This document shows positions 26,515 through 36,813 of a stretch of 44,243 nucleotides of DNA, piece by piece. Each line of letters opens with the position of its first letter. The stretch's first letter is position 1. The stretch comes from Flavobacteriales bacterium. GTDB taxonomy: Bacteria > Bacteroidota > Bacteroidia > Flavobacteriales_F > PHOS-HE28. Location of the stretch: positions 1-44,243 of the forward strand of contig JBATND010000351.1 of assembly GCA_049290175.1 (NCBI GenBank), read 5' to 3'. The position numbers were made by a program, and so were the translations under genes. The notes beneath the pieces are model-generated. The model was not told the origin of the DNA and did not search any database. It saw nothing but the letters and a program-made list of their open reading frames with translations.

Positions 26515-28786
26515 TCAAGGTGCTCGGCACCTCAAATAGCCACGGCTCCCGTGTTTCGGCAGCGCGGCTCCATCCTTTGTAACTGGTGAGCAGGAGATCG
26601 TGCTGGGCGAGCAATTGCGCATCGAGCGCGCGCCCTTGCATCACTTCGATTCGATCACCGGCTACTTGCTGGAGCTGCTGCGCGCCATTGCGGAACGAAG
26701 GATCGCGTTGCGTGAGCCCGGTGACATCGAGCAGGGTGAGGTGGCGCCCTTCGCTCTGAAGCAAACGCTCGGCGTAGTGCAGTAAGAAGAGATCGCCCGG
26801 CGCGCCCAAGGGCAGCAGGATGCGATCGGCCTGCGTGAAGCCCTTGTCCATGAACACGCCCACGCTGCACTGCGCCTCTTCGATGAGCTGGCGCACCTTA
26901 GGATCGAGCTGATCATCGGTAGGCAGCAGCGACTCCTTGCCGGTGAGCGTGCTAATGAGCTTACTAGGGTCGATGACGCGCGTGGTGAAGCCCAGGAGAT
27001 CACCTAAGAAAGTGCCCTTGAGCAAAGGCTTGCCCGCGCCTACGAGCAGCAGGTCGTACGAGCCGCTATTGGCCGTGCGCAGGATGTCGGCGCCCACATC
27101 GCCGCTCACATGGTGCTCGGTGCGCAGGTCCACCTCGAGCCGCTGGGCCTCCTTCAGCACCGGCTTGAAGCCCTCGCGCTCGAAGCCCGCGCTGTCGATC
27201 GGATTCACATCGTTGCTGGGCGTCACGTGCAAGGCGGTCACCACGGGCTTGGCATCGGCGCCAGCCAACTGGCGGACCAAGCGCAAGGCGCGACTCCCGC
27301 TTTCTGGTTGACCGAAGGAGAGCAGCACGCGCCAGCCCGTAGCCGTTTCTATTGCGTGAGCTTGCGGCTCATGTTTCCGGAAAAGCCGTTCGATCAGGCT
27401 CAGCGCCGGGCCGGTCATAAAGGTGCTCAGCAGTGCCATGATCACCAGGATCGCGAAGAGTTCGGCGTTGATCACGCCCAGGTCGAAGCCGATGTTGAGC
27501 ACAACCAGTTCCATGAGGCCACGCGTGTTCATGAGCGCGCCCATGCTCAAGCTCTCCTTCCAGCTATGACCGGTGATGCGAGCAGCCAACGCTGCCGCCA
27601 TGCTCTTGCCCACAACGGCCACGGTCACCACCAGTGCGCAGGTCCACCAGAGGTGCTCGTTGGTGAGCAAGCCGATGCGCGTGCGCAGTCCGGTGAACAC
27701 GAAGAAGAGTGGCAGCAGCAGCACCACGCTCACATCTTCCACCTTGCCGATGAGCAGCCTGCGGAAGGAAAGATTGGTTGGCATGATGGCACCGGCGAGG
27801 AAAGCACCGAAGAGCGGATGGATGCCGATGGCGTCCGTAGCGAAGGCCGAAGCGAGCATCACCAGCAGCATGCCCGCCACCAAAGGCCTGCCCATGCTCC
27901 GGCGCTCGCCATGCACCTCGCCGATCCGACCCAAGAAGGGACGCAGCACGCCCACCATGAAGGCCACATAGAGCGCTGCGGCGGCGATGGTGTACAGTGC
28001 GCTGGTCACACTGCCGGCCTTCACGATGGCGATCACGGCGGCGAGCAGGCACCAGGCCGTTACATCATCGCTGGCAGCCGTGGCCAAGGCGATGCTGCCC
28101 AAGCGGGTGCGCGTGAGCCCGCGTTCTTGGATGATGCGCGCCAGCACCGGGAACGCCGTGATGCTCACCGCGATGCCCAGGAAGAGCGCGAAGGACTGGA
28201 AGCTGACCGTAGGCGGCGCGAAGTCCAAATAGAGCTTGTAGGCGAGCATGGCGCCCAGCGCGAACATGATTACGATGCTGGTGTGGCTGATCACCAAAGC
28301 GGTGTGCAATCGTCCGCGCAGGATGCGGAGATCGAGCTCCATGCCGATGACGAACATGAAGAGCACCAGGCCCACTTGGCTGAGCAGGTGCAGGTTCTCC
28401 AAAGACCCGCTCGGGAACAGGAACTGGAAGGTGCCGGGGAACCAATACCCCACCACGCTGGGGCCGAGCACGATGCCCGCGACGATCTCGCCGATCACCG
28501 ATGGCTGTCCGAGTTTGGTGAAGACGTAGGCGAAGGCGCGCGCAACGGCGATGATGGCCGCGATCTGCAGCAGCAGCACGGCGAATGGATGCGCGATGTT
28601 CTCCGCGAGCGTATCGCCGAAGTGCTCGAGCGCCGTGGTGTTCTCTTTGCCTGCGATCGAACCGCGCAACTCCTCTGCAAGGTGCGGCCTCAGTGCCTCG
28701 CCATCGGCAATGGTGACGTACAGGATGCTTCCGAAGACAAGCAGTGCAAGCGCGTAGTAGATGAAGCTGAACTTGGGCGCTGCCAT
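26501..28786 (-). CDS. cation:proton antiporter (CPA2-type) with a C-terminal tandem USP-like domain
   Basis: 761 aa with about 12 hydrophobic segments and QPSVIGEIVAGIVLGPS near the N-terminus. The soluble C-terminal ~330 aa shows nucleotide-binding-fold-like repeats. Confidence 0.9.
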   Translation of the reverse strand: MAAPKFSFIYYALALLVFGSILYVTIADGEALRPHLAEELRGSIAGKENTTALEHFGDTLAENIAHPFAVLLLQIAAIIAVARAFAYVFTKLGQPSVIGEIVAGIVLGPSVVGYWFPGTFQFLFPSGSLENLHLLSQVGLVLFMFVIGMELDLRILRGRLHTALVISHTSIVIMFALGAMLAYKLYLDFAPPTVSFQSFALFLGIAVSITAFPVLARIIQERGLTRTRLGSIALATAASDDVTAWCLLAAVIAIVKAGSVTSALYTIAAAALYVAFMVGVLRPFLGRIGEVHGERRSMGRPLVAGMLLVMLASAFATDAIGIHPLFGAFLAGAIMPTNLSFRRLLIGKVEDVSVVLLLPLFFVFTGLRTRIGLLTNEHLWWTCALVVTVAVVGKSMAAALAARITGHSWKESLSMGALMNTRGLMELVVLNIGFDLGVINAELFAILVIMALLSTFMTGPALSLIERLFRKHEPQAHAIETATGWRVLLSFGQPESGSRALRLVRQLAGADAKPVVTALHVTPSNDVNPIDSAGFEREGFKPVLKEAQRLEVDLRTEHHVSGDVGADILRTANSGSYDLLLVGAGKPLLKGTFLGDLLGFTTRVIDPSKLISTLTGKESLLPTDDQLDPKVRQLIEEAQCSVGVFMDKGFTQADRILLPLGAPGDLFLLHYAERLLQSEGRHLTLLDVTGLTQRDPSFRNGAQQLQQVAGDRIEVMQGRALDAQLLAQHDLLLTSYKGWSRAAETREPWLFEVPSTLIIRP

Positions 28787-28855
28787 GCGATCATCGCTGC
28801 TGCGGAACGAGCTAGCGATGCGGCGAAAATAGCCGCGCCTATTCTGAACGAAAGG

Positions 28856-29626
28856 TCAATTCGCCTTTAGCTCAACTGTAAGCTCCACGAACTCCGCCAC
28901 GCTCAATTGCTCCGCGCGCTTATCGGCGAATCGCTCCGGGACGCCGCCTTCAGCTTCAGGCAAGGGCTTCAATGCATTGCGCAAGGTCTTGCGGCGCTGG
29001 TTGAAGGCGGTCTTCACCACACGGTACAAGAGCGCTTCATCGCAAGGCAGCTTGTCAACGGCGTTGCGCTTCATGCGGATCACGGAACTGCGCACTTTCG
29101 GCGGCGGGATGAAACTGCCCGGCTCTACGTGGAAGAGCAGCTCCACATCGTACCACGCCTGCGCGAGCACGCTGGTGATGCCGTAGGTCTTGCTGCCGTG
29201 CGGCGCGCGGATGCGGTCGGCTACCTCCTTCTGGAACATGCCCACCAGTTCGGTGCATCGGTCGCGGTGGTCGAGCACTTTGAAGACGATCTGCGTGCTG
29301 ATGTTGTAAGGGAAGTTGCCCACCACGGCGAAGCGGCCATTGGTGACACTATCCGGATCCATGCGCAGGAAATCCGCTTCGCGCACATCGATGCCGGGAT
29401 AATGCTCGCGCAGGTACGGCACCGAATCGCGATCGACCTCGAAGCAGGTGAGCTTGAACTCGCTGCGCGCGAGCAAGTGCTTGGTGAGCGCGCCCGTGCC
29501 CGGACCTACTTCTATCACATGGGTGTAGCCGCCATGTCCAGTGAGGCCATGCGCGATGTCCTGCGCGATGCTGTCCTCCTTCAGGAAGTGCTGGCCCAGG
29601 AACTTCTTCGCGCGGATCTGGCTCAT
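28856..29626 (-). CDS. rsmA: 16S rRNA (adenine1518/1519-N6)-dimethyltransferase
   Basis: KKFLGQHFL, VIEVGPGTGALT and GNFPYNIST are canonical KsgA motifs. Confidence 0.93.
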   Translation of the reverse strand: MSQIRAKKFLGQHFLKEDSIAQDIAHGLTGHGGYTHVIEVGPGTGALTKHLLARSEFKLTCFEVDRDSVPYLREHYPGIDVREADFLRMDPDSVTNGRFAVVGNFPYNISTQIVFKVLDHRDRCTELVGMFQKEVADRIRAPHGSKTYGITSVLAQAWYDVELLFHVEPGSFIPPPKVRSSVIRMKRNAVDKLPCDEALLYRVVKTAFNQRRKTLRNALKPLPEAEGGVPERFADKRAEQLSVAEFVELTVELKAN

Positions 29627-29931
29627 GCGTCGTGGACCACTTCAAGCAAAGTGCGGAAGGCGTGGAAGCGGCCGCCGAAACGCTCATGCGCCTCGGCTTG
29701 CAGGCGCGGCGCCTCCTCGTCGCGGTAGCGCTCGTACTGGGCCATGTCGGCGGCGGTGTATTGGATAGCGTAGGTCACGCCGGTGTCGTCGTCGGCAAGC
29801 ACCTTGTGCATGCGGCTGGCCAGGAAAAGACCCGTGGCCATCACGCGCGGGATGTGATCCTCCTTCATCCAAGCGAGCCAGGAATCATGCGCATCGCGAT
29901 CGATGCTGACGGTGACGTTGTAGATGATCAC
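29623..29931 (-). CDS. DUF4286 family protein
   Basis: 102 aa, MIIYNVTVSIDRDAHDSWLAWMKEDHIPRVMATGLF. This is the typical DUF4286 N-terminus as I recall it. ATGA overlaps on both sides. Confidence 0.78.
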   Translation of the reverse strand: MIIYNVTVSIDRDAHDSWLAWMKEDHIPRVMATGLFLASRMHKVLADDDTGVTYAIQYTAADMAQYERYRDEEAPRLQAEAHERFGGRFHAFRTLLEVVHDA

Positions 29932-31778
29932 GGGTGCGCGTGTGGCGGCTTCTTCTCGTCGGGCGCATCGGGCGCGTCGCCGCGGAGCTTGCGGTAACGG
30001 TCGCGCGCCTCGGGCACGAAGATGCTGCCGGTCTGGTCCATGATGAGCTTCTCATAGAAGCCCTTGGCCTTCTCGGGATCCTTCAGCTGATCCTCGTAGA
30101 GGTGGCCGAGATCGAACAAGGCGTTGTCCACGAGGATATCGAGGGGATATTGCTCGAGGACCTTCTCCAAGTAGCCCGCTGCTTCCTCGTACCGGCGACG
30201 TCCCAACGCAATGCGGTAGCGCTCATAGAGCACATCGTCGCCCAGATTGTGCATGGGGTATTCGGCCGTGAGCGAGTCGAGGGTCGCGAGCGCGCGATCG
30301 TACAGGTGCTGCACGCGCAGCAACTCGGCGCGCGCGAAGAAGCGCAGCGGCACATCGTTGCTGTCGGCGCCGAGGGCGTCGGTGATGCGGAGGCTGAGCT
30401 CTAGCGCATCATTGGCGATGAGCTTGCTGGTGCTCGCCTTCAGCACTTGCAACTGGGCTTGGCTCCAATTGAAATCGCCCGAATAGAAGGAGACCTTGGC
30501 GTTGCGCAGGCGCGCCTCATGACCCAGCGCATCATGCTTGAAGTCGAGGTCCACTTGGCTGTATAGCAGCGAGGCCTCCCAGATGTCGCCGCTGATCAGG
30601 TGTACATCGCCGAGGTCGAGCTTGATCTCGGCCTTCTGCTTGGCGTCCACTGCGGGCATGGCCAGGCCTTCTTCCAGCAGAACGATCGCGACCGCAGGCT
30701 GATTGATGTAGTAGGCATTCAAGTGCGCCCGCTCGCGCAAGAGGCTCACGGTGTGCTTGGCCAAACCCATGTCGGTGAGCGTGGAGGCCATGCGCTGGTC
30801 CAATTCCTGGAGTTCGGCAGGCAGCGGTTCAGGCTGTTGCGTGAGCTGCAAGTAGCGGGCATGCACAGCGCCGGTGCGCGCGCCGAAGTAGTTGGCATCG
30901 TTGCGGCCCAGGCCCACCACATGATCATAGCACTTGAAGGCCACGCCGTATTCCTTGTTGGCTTCGGCGATTCGCGCAAGGTCCATGAGCCGCGCTCCGC
31001 CCTCATCGAGGCGCTTGTCCATGGCCTTGGCCTGCACGAAAGCGCCATCGAGGTCCTTCTGCTGGATGAGCATCCAGATGAGCATCTCGGAGAAGATGGA
31101 GCGCGAGGGGTCGCGCTGGATGCGACGCAGCAGCTCGGTGCGCAGGGTCTCGGTGCGCGCATCGGCGGCATCGAACTCGAAGTGGCGCGAGAGGTTGTTC
31201 TGCACGGCTTGCGCGTAGCCCTCGTTGGCGGCGAGCAGATCCATGTAAGCGGCCACCATCTTGGGCAGGTCGCCCTTCAGCCCGTGCAGGTTGGCTATCT
31301 CGAAGGCGTAGCCCATGCCATCGGTGGAGATGCGCTGGCCCTTCTCGTAGGCCGCGAGCGCCAGGTCCACCTTGTTGTAGGACTGGAAGGCATTGGCCAC
31401 AGCGCGCACGCTGTTCTGATCGCCGCGCATGAGCTTCAGCGCGCGGTCGTATTCCTTCTGGGCCTTGTCGTTCTCGCGCATCAGCTCCAATACGCGCCCC
31501 ATGTCGATGGCATAGCGCGGCTCGTCGCCGTTGCGGCGCATGCGCTCCTTCACCAGTTTCTGCGCGGTTTCGAGATCGGGCACGCCGATGTGGCTCTTGA
31601 GCAGCTGGTCGTAGTAATAGTCCGAGGGCTGTTGCTTGTAGAGGCGCTCGTAGTAGAGCACGGCCTTGGTGAAATCGCCTTGCTGGAAGTATTGCGCCGC
31701 GAGCTGCTCATCGGTGCCGGGCTGCGCGAAGGCAGTGTTCAGCAGGAGCAGCGCGGGGATGAGCAACAGGCGCTTCAT
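29928..31778 (-). CDS. tetratricopeptide-repeat protein (exported)
   Basis: The start was set at MKRLLLIPALLLLNTAFAQ (signal peptide). Repeated A..YY..G.Y..A TPR-like helices run throughout. Confidence 0.8.
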   Translation of the reverse strand: MKRLLLIPALLLLNTAFAQPGTDEQLAAQYFQQGDFTKAVLYYERLYKQQPSDYYYDQLLKSHIGVPDLETAQKLVKERMRRNGDEPRYAIDMGRVLELMRENDKAQKEYDRALKLMRGDQNSVRAVANAFQSYNKVDLALAAYEKGQRISTDGMGYAFEIANLHGLKGDLPKMVAAYMDLLAANEGYAQAVQNNLSRHFEFDAADARTETLRTELLRRIQRDPSRSIFSEMLIWMLIQQKDLDGAFVQAKAMDKRLDEGGARLMDLARIAEANKEYGVAFKCYDHVVGLGRNDANYFGARTGAVHARYLQLTQQPEPLPAELQELDQRMASTLTDMGLAKHTVSLLRERAHLNAYYINQPAVAIVLLEEGLAMPAVDAKQKAEIKLDLGDVHLISGDIWEASLLYSQVDLDFKHDALGHEARLRNAKVSFYSGDFNWSQAQLQVLKASTSKLIANDALELSLRITDALGADSNDVPLRFFARAELLRVQHLYDRALATLDSLTAEYPMHNLGDDVLYERYRIALGRRRYEEAAGYLEKVLEQYPLDILVDNALFDLGHLYEDQLKDPEKAKGFYEKLIMDQTGSIFVPEARDRYRKLRGDAPDAPDEKKPPHAHP

Positions 31779-32323
31779 GGCATGGGGGTGTTGGCGAGCA
31801 GCTGCTCCACGGTGTCGCGGCGATCCCAAGCGTGCTGGAGTTGCCGGTAGTTGTCCATCACCGCATGCACGCCGCCGATCAGCTCTGCGTGGTACTTCTG
31901 CTCAGCGGCGATCATGGCCGACGCTTGCTGCGCCGCCACGGCACCTGCGGCGATGTCGTTGCGCAAGAGCCGCAAGCGTTCGCCGGCGAGGATCAACTCA
32001 CCGAGCACGCGCTCATGATCGCGGCCCATGGTTGCCGCATGGTGCAGCGTGAGCCATTGGTTGCCCAGCACTTGCGCGGAAGGCAGCTCCAAGGTGTCCT
32101 GGAAACGAAGGGCGTAGCGCGCGGAGTCTTGCGCGAGCAACGAGTCGGCCAGCTCGTAGCGTTGGCGGCCCAGCTCGTTCAGGGTGAGCGTGGCGCCATC
32201 GGTGGCGGTGATCAATCGGTCCACGGCGGAGAGCTGGTCGGCATCGGGTGTGCGTGCGCAGGCCATGAGCAGGGCGGCGAATAGCAACGCCGAACCGGTG
32301 GTGCTGCGCATGCCGTGGGTCAT
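31775..32323 (-). CDS. hypothetical lipoprotein
   Basis: The start was set at MTHGMRSTTGSALLFAALLMAC (lipobox), in ATGA overlap with the serS stop. The longer track ORF would overlap serS by 230 nt. Confidence 0.6.
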   Translation of the reverse strand: MTHGMRSTTGSALLFAALLMACARTPDADQLSAVDRLITATDGATLTLNELGRQRYELADSLLAQDSARYALRFQDTLELPSAQVLGNQWLTLHHAATMGRDHERVLGELILAGERLRLLRNDIAAGAVAAQQASAMIAAEQKYHAELIGGVHAVMDNYRQLQHAWDRRDTVEQLLANTPMP

Positions 32324-33594
32324 TTCGTGATGAGCGCGAAGCCTGTATAGGGCTGCAGGGCCTTGGGGATGCGGATGCCGTCGGGTCCTTGGTTGTTCTC
32401 GATCAGCGCCGCCACGATCCGTGCCAAGGCCAAGGCGCTGCCGTTGAGCGTGTGGGCAAGGCGCGGCTTCTTGTTCTCGTCGCGGTAGCGCAGTTTCAGA
32501 CGGTTGCTCTGAAAGGTCTCGAAGTTGCTGATGCTGCTCACTTCGAGCCAACGCTGCTGGGCCGCGCTGTACACTTCCATATCGTAGGTCATGGCGCTGG
32601 CAAAGCCCATGTCGCCGCCGCAGAGCAGCAACTGGCGGTATGGCAATTCGAGCGCGCGCAGCAGGCCCTTCACATGCTCCACCATCTCTTCCAGTGCGGC
32701 GTAGCTGTTCTCCGGTTTCTCCACGCGCACGATCTCGACCTTATCGAACTGATGCACGCGATTGAGGCCGCGCACATGGGCGCCGTAGCTACCGGCCTCG
32801 CGGCGGAAGCAAGGCGTGTAGCCCACGTTCTTGATCGGCAGGCGCTCGGGGTCGATGATCTCGTCGCGGTAGAGGTTGGTGATGGGCACCTCGGCCGTGG
32901 GGATGAGGTACAGGTCATCGACCGTTGCGTGGTACATCTGGCCTTCCTTGTCGGGAAGCTGGCCGGTGGCGAATGCGCTGGCGCTGTTCACCATGTGCGG
33001 CGGGATGATCTCGCGGTAACCGGCCTCGGTGGCCTTGTCGAGGAAGAACGCGATGAGCGCGCGCTGCAAACGAGCGCCTTGGCCGCTGTACACCGGAAAG
33101 CCAGCACCGGTGAGCTTCACGCCCAGATCCATGTGCAGGAAGCCGTACTCCTCTCCCAGCTCCCAGTGAGGCTTGGCGTTGGCGCCCAGATCCGGTATGG
33201 CGCCTTCTTGCATCACCACGGTGTTGTCCTCGGGCGTCTTGCCGTTGGGCACCTTTTGATTGGGAGCATTGGGCAAGGTGACCAAGTGATCACGCAACGC
33301 CTGCTCGCTCGACTCGAGTTTCTCCTGCAAAGCCTGGATACCGCCTTTCAGCTCCGTGCTGCGCGCCTTGGCGGCTTCGGCTTCCTCCTTCTTGCCAGCC
33401 TTCATCAGTTCGCCAACGCTGCGGCTGATGCTGTTCACCTCGGATTGTCGGCCATCGAGTTCGGTCTGGGCGGCGCGGCGCGCATCATCCAATTCTTTCA
33501 CGCGATCCAGCGCGGCCTTGGCATCGATGTTCCGCTTGGCCAAGCGCTGCTCGGCTTCTTCACGATTCTCTCGAAGGAAATTCAGTTCGAGCAT
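32320..33594 (-). CDS. serS: serine--tRNA ligase
   Basis: 424 aa with an N-terminal coiled-coil arm and the class II motifs FRREAGS and GSALA..R. Confidence 0.97.
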   Translation of the reverse strand: MLELNFLRENREEAEQRLAKRNIDAKAALDRVKELDDARRAAQTELDGRQSEVNSISRSVGELMKAGKKEEAEAAKARSTELKGGIQALQEKLESSEQALRDHLVTLPNAPNQKVPNGKTPEDNTVVMQEGAIPDLGANAKPHWELGEEYGFLHMDLGVKLTGAGFPVYSGQGARLQRALIAFFLDKATEAGYREIIPPHMVNSASAFATGQLPDKEGQMYHATVDDLYLIPTAEVPITNLYRDEIIDPERLPIKNVGYTPCFRREAGSYGAHVRGLNRVHQFDKVEIVRVEKPENSYAALEEMVEHVKGLLRALELPYRQLLLCGGDMGFASAMTYDMEVYSAAQQRWLEVSSISNFETFQSNRLKLRYRDENKKPRLAHTLNGSALALARIVAALIENNQGPDGIRIPKALQPYTGFALITK

Positions 33595-33705
33595 GGTGCT
33601 TGTTCGTTCGGGATCAAAGGTATCGGTCGGGACGGCTGCGGCTTTTCACGCCGAAGCCCCTCCACCAGCGGCAGAAGGGCTTCGCACAGGGGTCCGGGGA
33701 AAATG

Positions 33706-33972
33706 CTAGTCGGCTTGGGCGGCGGGCTCTACGCTCACCACGCTGCGATCGCCGCGCTTCTTCTCGAATTTCACGGTGCCGTTGACGAGGGCGAAGAGCG
33801 TGTGGTCCACGCCGATGCCCACGTTCTTGCCAGGGTGGTGCTTGGTGCCGCGCTGGCGCACGATGATGTTGCCGGCCACAGCCGCGCTGCCGCCGAAGAT
33901 CTTCACGCCGAGTCGCTTTGAGTGCGATTCGCGTCCGTTCTGGGTACTGCCTTCACCTTTCTTATGTGCCAT
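33706..33972 (-). CDS. rpmA: 50S ribosomal protein L27
   Basis: [24 protein letters not shown]...[12 protein letters not shown]. Confidence 0.97.
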   Translation of the reverse strand: MAHKKGEGSTQNGRESHSKRLGVKIFGGSAAVAGNIIVRQRGTKHHPGKNVGIGVDHTLFALVNGTVKFEKKRGDRSVVSVEPAAQAD

Positions 33973-34013
33973 GGCTATTGTGGCTTTTGATCACTCCGAG
34001 CGGAGTCGAGGAG

Positions 34014-34502
34014 TTACTTCTTCTTAGGAGCTGTTTTCTTGGCCGGGGCCTTCTTGGCAGCGGCTTTCTTGGCAGGCTTGGCTGCAGCAGCTGCCTTCGG
34101 CTCAGCGGCTTTCTTCACCTTCTTAGGCGCTTCCGCTAAAACGGCCTTGGGCTTGGGAGCAGTGCTCTTGCTGGCATCGAACTTCTCGCCTTTGCCCAGG
34201 ATCGCCTCGATCCACAGCTCGGTGAGGTACTGGCGGTGGCCGTTCAGCTTCTGGTAGCCCTTACGACGCTTCTTCTTGAAAACCAGCACTTTGTCGCCCT
34301 TGCCATGGCTCAGCACCTTGGCGGCGATACGAACACCCTCCACCTTGGGGGTGCCCACGCTCACGGTCTTGCCGTCGCTCACCAGCAGCACGTTATCCAA
34401 CTCCACGTGCTTGCCTTCCTCGGCTTCGAGGCGGTGTACTTTCAGCTTCTGGGCCTGCTCAACCTTGTATTGCTGGCCGGCGATGTTGACGATGGCGTAC
34501 AT
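34014..34502 (-). CDS. rplU: 50S ribosomal protein L21 with a Lys/Ala/Pro-rich C-terminal extension
   Basis: [14 protein letters not shown]...[16 protein letters not shown] is the L21 core (~105 aa). It is followed by a ~57-aa AKP-rich tail. Confidence 0.95.
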   Translation of the reverse strand: MYAIVNIAGQQYKVEQAQKLKVHRLEAEEGKHVELDNVLLVSDGKTVSVGTPKVEGVRIAAKVLSHGKGDKVLVFKKKRRKGYQKLNGHRQYLTELWIEAILGKGEKFDASKSTAPKPKAVLAEAPKKVKKAAEPKAAAAAKPAKKAAAKKAPAKKTAPKKK

Positions 34503-34678
34503 GTGCTTTCCTGAGAATGGGGCGCGAAAGTAGGGCGATCGGGCGAATTCACAAGCGCCCGCCTCTTTCCCTTATTCAGGGTCAGGCGAGGCAGGCAGCA
34601 AAACCCCACGGCCTCGCCGCTGCGAAGGCTTGTTAAGCACTTGGCCCTTGGCGGAAGCCGCCGCTTAACATTGCCCCA

Positions 34679-36010
34679 ATGGGACGCCGCGCCATCGGCA
34701 CGCTGATGCTTCTGGCCACGCTGAGCGTGGTGGGCGTGGTGGTGACGCAGATCATCTGGCTCCAGCAATCATCCGCGTACCGGAGCGAGCAGGTGGCGCT
34801 CAACCAGGAGCAAGCGGCGCAGCTCGACCTGCAGTTCAACGATCGGGTGGTGACGGCCTTGGGCGATGTCACCGAGCAGATCCTCAGCATCAACAAGGAC
34901 AGCACCGACCTGTTCGACGCCGTGAAGCAGATGAAGCCCAACTACTTCGCCGTCACCATCAACGACACGCTGCACCCCTACCTGCTCGAGGCGCTGCTAC
35001 GCAAGGAGTTCAGCAGGCGGCACATCGAGGACGATTTCAAGTACGGCATCTACGACTGCTTCACCGACAGCATCGTGTATGTCAATTACGTCTCGCAGGA
35101 CTCGCTCGCGCAGGACACCCTGCCTGCCGACCAGCTCCCCAAGCTCGACAAGGACGGCCACTATTTCACCGTGTACTTCCCCAAGCGGCGCAGTACCCTG
35201 CATGCTGAAACGAGCAACACGGGCTGGACCTGGATCTTCCCCACCGTGGTCACGCTGATCGTCTTCGGCTTCTTCGCTTACAGCGTGTGGGTGATCATGC
35301 GGCAGAAGCGCCTGAGCGAGATGAAGAACGACTTCATCGGCAACATGACGCACGAGCTGAAGACACCCATAAGCACCATCGCCCTGAGCGCCGAGGTGCT
35401 CAGCGACCCGGGCATCGTGCAGGAACCCGATCGGCTGCGCGAATACGCGCGCATCATCCGCAGCGAGAATGAACGGCTGCGCACCCAGGTGGAGCGCGTG
35501 CTGCAATTGGCCACCTTGGAGAAGGATACCATCAAGATGAAGCGCGAGGCGGTGGACATGCACAACGTCGCGAAGGCCGCCGCCGAGAGCATCAAGCTGC
35601 CCGCGCAGGAGCGGGGCATGCAGGTGGAGTTGCATCTGGAGGCCGCAGCGAGCACGGTCACCGGTGATCGCGTCCACCTTACCAATGCGCTCTTCAACCT
35701 GCTCGACAACGCCGTGAAATACGGTAGGCCCGAAACCACCATCGAAGTGCGCAGCAGCCAGCGCGGAAACGAACTGCTGCTCTCGGTGAAGGACCAGGGC
35801 ATCGGCATCCGCAAAGAGGACCAGCGTCATGTGTTCGAGCGCTTCTACCGTGTGCCCACCGGCAACGTGCATGATGTGAAGGGCTTCGGCCTTGGCCTGC
35901 ATTACGTGCAGCAGATCGCCCTCGCCCACGGCGGCGGTGCCAGCGTGCGCAGCGAATTGGGCAAAGGCAGCGTGTTCACCTTATCACTACCCTTGAACCA
36001 GACAGCATGA
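34679..36010 (+). CDS. two-component sensor histidine kinase
   Basis: Two TM segments, the H-box FIGNMTHELKTPIS, the N-box LLDNAVKY and the G-boxes DQGIGI and GFGLGL. Confidence 0.9.
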   Translation: MGRRAIGTLMLLATLSVVGVVVTQIIWLQQSSAYRSEQVALNQEQAAQLDLQFNDRVVTALGDVTEQILSINKDSTDLFDAVKQMKPNYFAVTINDTLHPYLLEALLRKEFSRRHIEDDFKYGIYDCFTDSIVYVNYVSQDSLAQDTLPADQLPKLDKDGHYFTVYFPKRRSTLHAETSNTGWTWIFPTVVTLIVFGFFAYSVWVIMRQKRLSEMKNDFIGNMTHELKTPISTIALSAEVLSDPGIVQEPDRLREYARIIRSENERLRTQVERVLQLATLEKDTIKMKREAVDMHNVAKAAAESIKLPAQERGMQVELHLEAAASTVTGDRVHLTNALFNLLDNAVKYGRPETTIEVRSSQRGNELLLSVKDQGIGIRKEDQRHVFERFYRVPTGNVHDVKGFGLGLHYVQQIALAHGGGASVRSELGKGSVFTLSLPLNQTA

Positions 36011-36708
36011 GCGACAAACCCACCATCCTCTTGGTCGAGGACGACCAGAACCTCGGCTTCGTAGTGCAGGATGCCTTGAAGCGGCAGGGCTACACGGTGC
36101 ACCTGGCGCGCGATGGCAAAGAGGGCCTGAAGAAATTCAACGAGCACCCCTACGACCTGTGCGTGCTCGACGTGATGCTGCCCGGCAAGGACGGCTTCAG
36201 CCTCGCGGAGGACATCCGGCTGGTGAATGCGCTTGTGCCCATCGTCTTCCTCACCGCCAAGAGCCAGACCGACGATCGCATCGCGGGCTTCAAGGCCGGC
36301 GGCGACGACTACCTCACCAAGCCCTTCAGCCACGAGGAACTGCTGCTGCGCATTGAAGCCATCCTGCGCCGCACCATGGGCAAGGGCGACGATGCACGCG
36401 AACGCGAGCGCTTCGAGCTGGGCGACTTCACCTTCGACTACCGCAACCTCACCCTCAGCCACCCGAACGAGGAACGCAAGCTCACGCGCAAGGAGGCCGA
36501 TGTATTGCGCCTGCTCTGCCTGCACGCCGAACAGGTGCTGCCGCGCGAACTCGTGCTCAATATGGTCTGGGGCGACGACACCTACTTCCTTGGGCGCAGC
36601 CTCGATGTCTTCATCAGCCGCTTGCGCAAGTACCTGAAGCCAGATCCCAAACTGCAGATCGTGAACGTTCACGGGGTAGGCTTCAAGCTGGTGGTGGATA
36701 AAGGCTGA
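36007..36708 (+). CDS. OmpR/PhoB-family response regulator
   Basis: Receiver domain ILLVEDD...DLCVLDVMLPG..G...TAK, plus a winged-helix C-terminus LTRKEADVLRLL...RKYL...I.NVHGVGFKL. ATGA overlap with the kinase. Confidence 0.93.
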   Translation: MSDKPTILLVEDDQNLGFVVQDALKRQGYTVHLARDGKEGLKKFNEHPYDLCVLDVMLPGKDGFSLAEDIRLVNALVPIVFLTAKSQTDDRIAGFKAGGDDYLTKPFSHEELLLRIEAILRRTMGKGDDARERERFELGDFTFDYRNLTLSHPNEERKLTRKEADVLRLLCLHAEQVLPRELVLNMVWGDDTYFLGRSLDVFISRLRKYLKPDPKLQIVNVHGVGFKLVVDKG

Positions 36709-36813
36709 GCGGAAACGCGGACTCAGGTGAGGGGCGGCCACCGCAGGGGTATCGGATCCGATGTATTGCGGACTGAATGCGGTACCTGACGGCGCATCGT
36801 CTTAATGGCAGTG

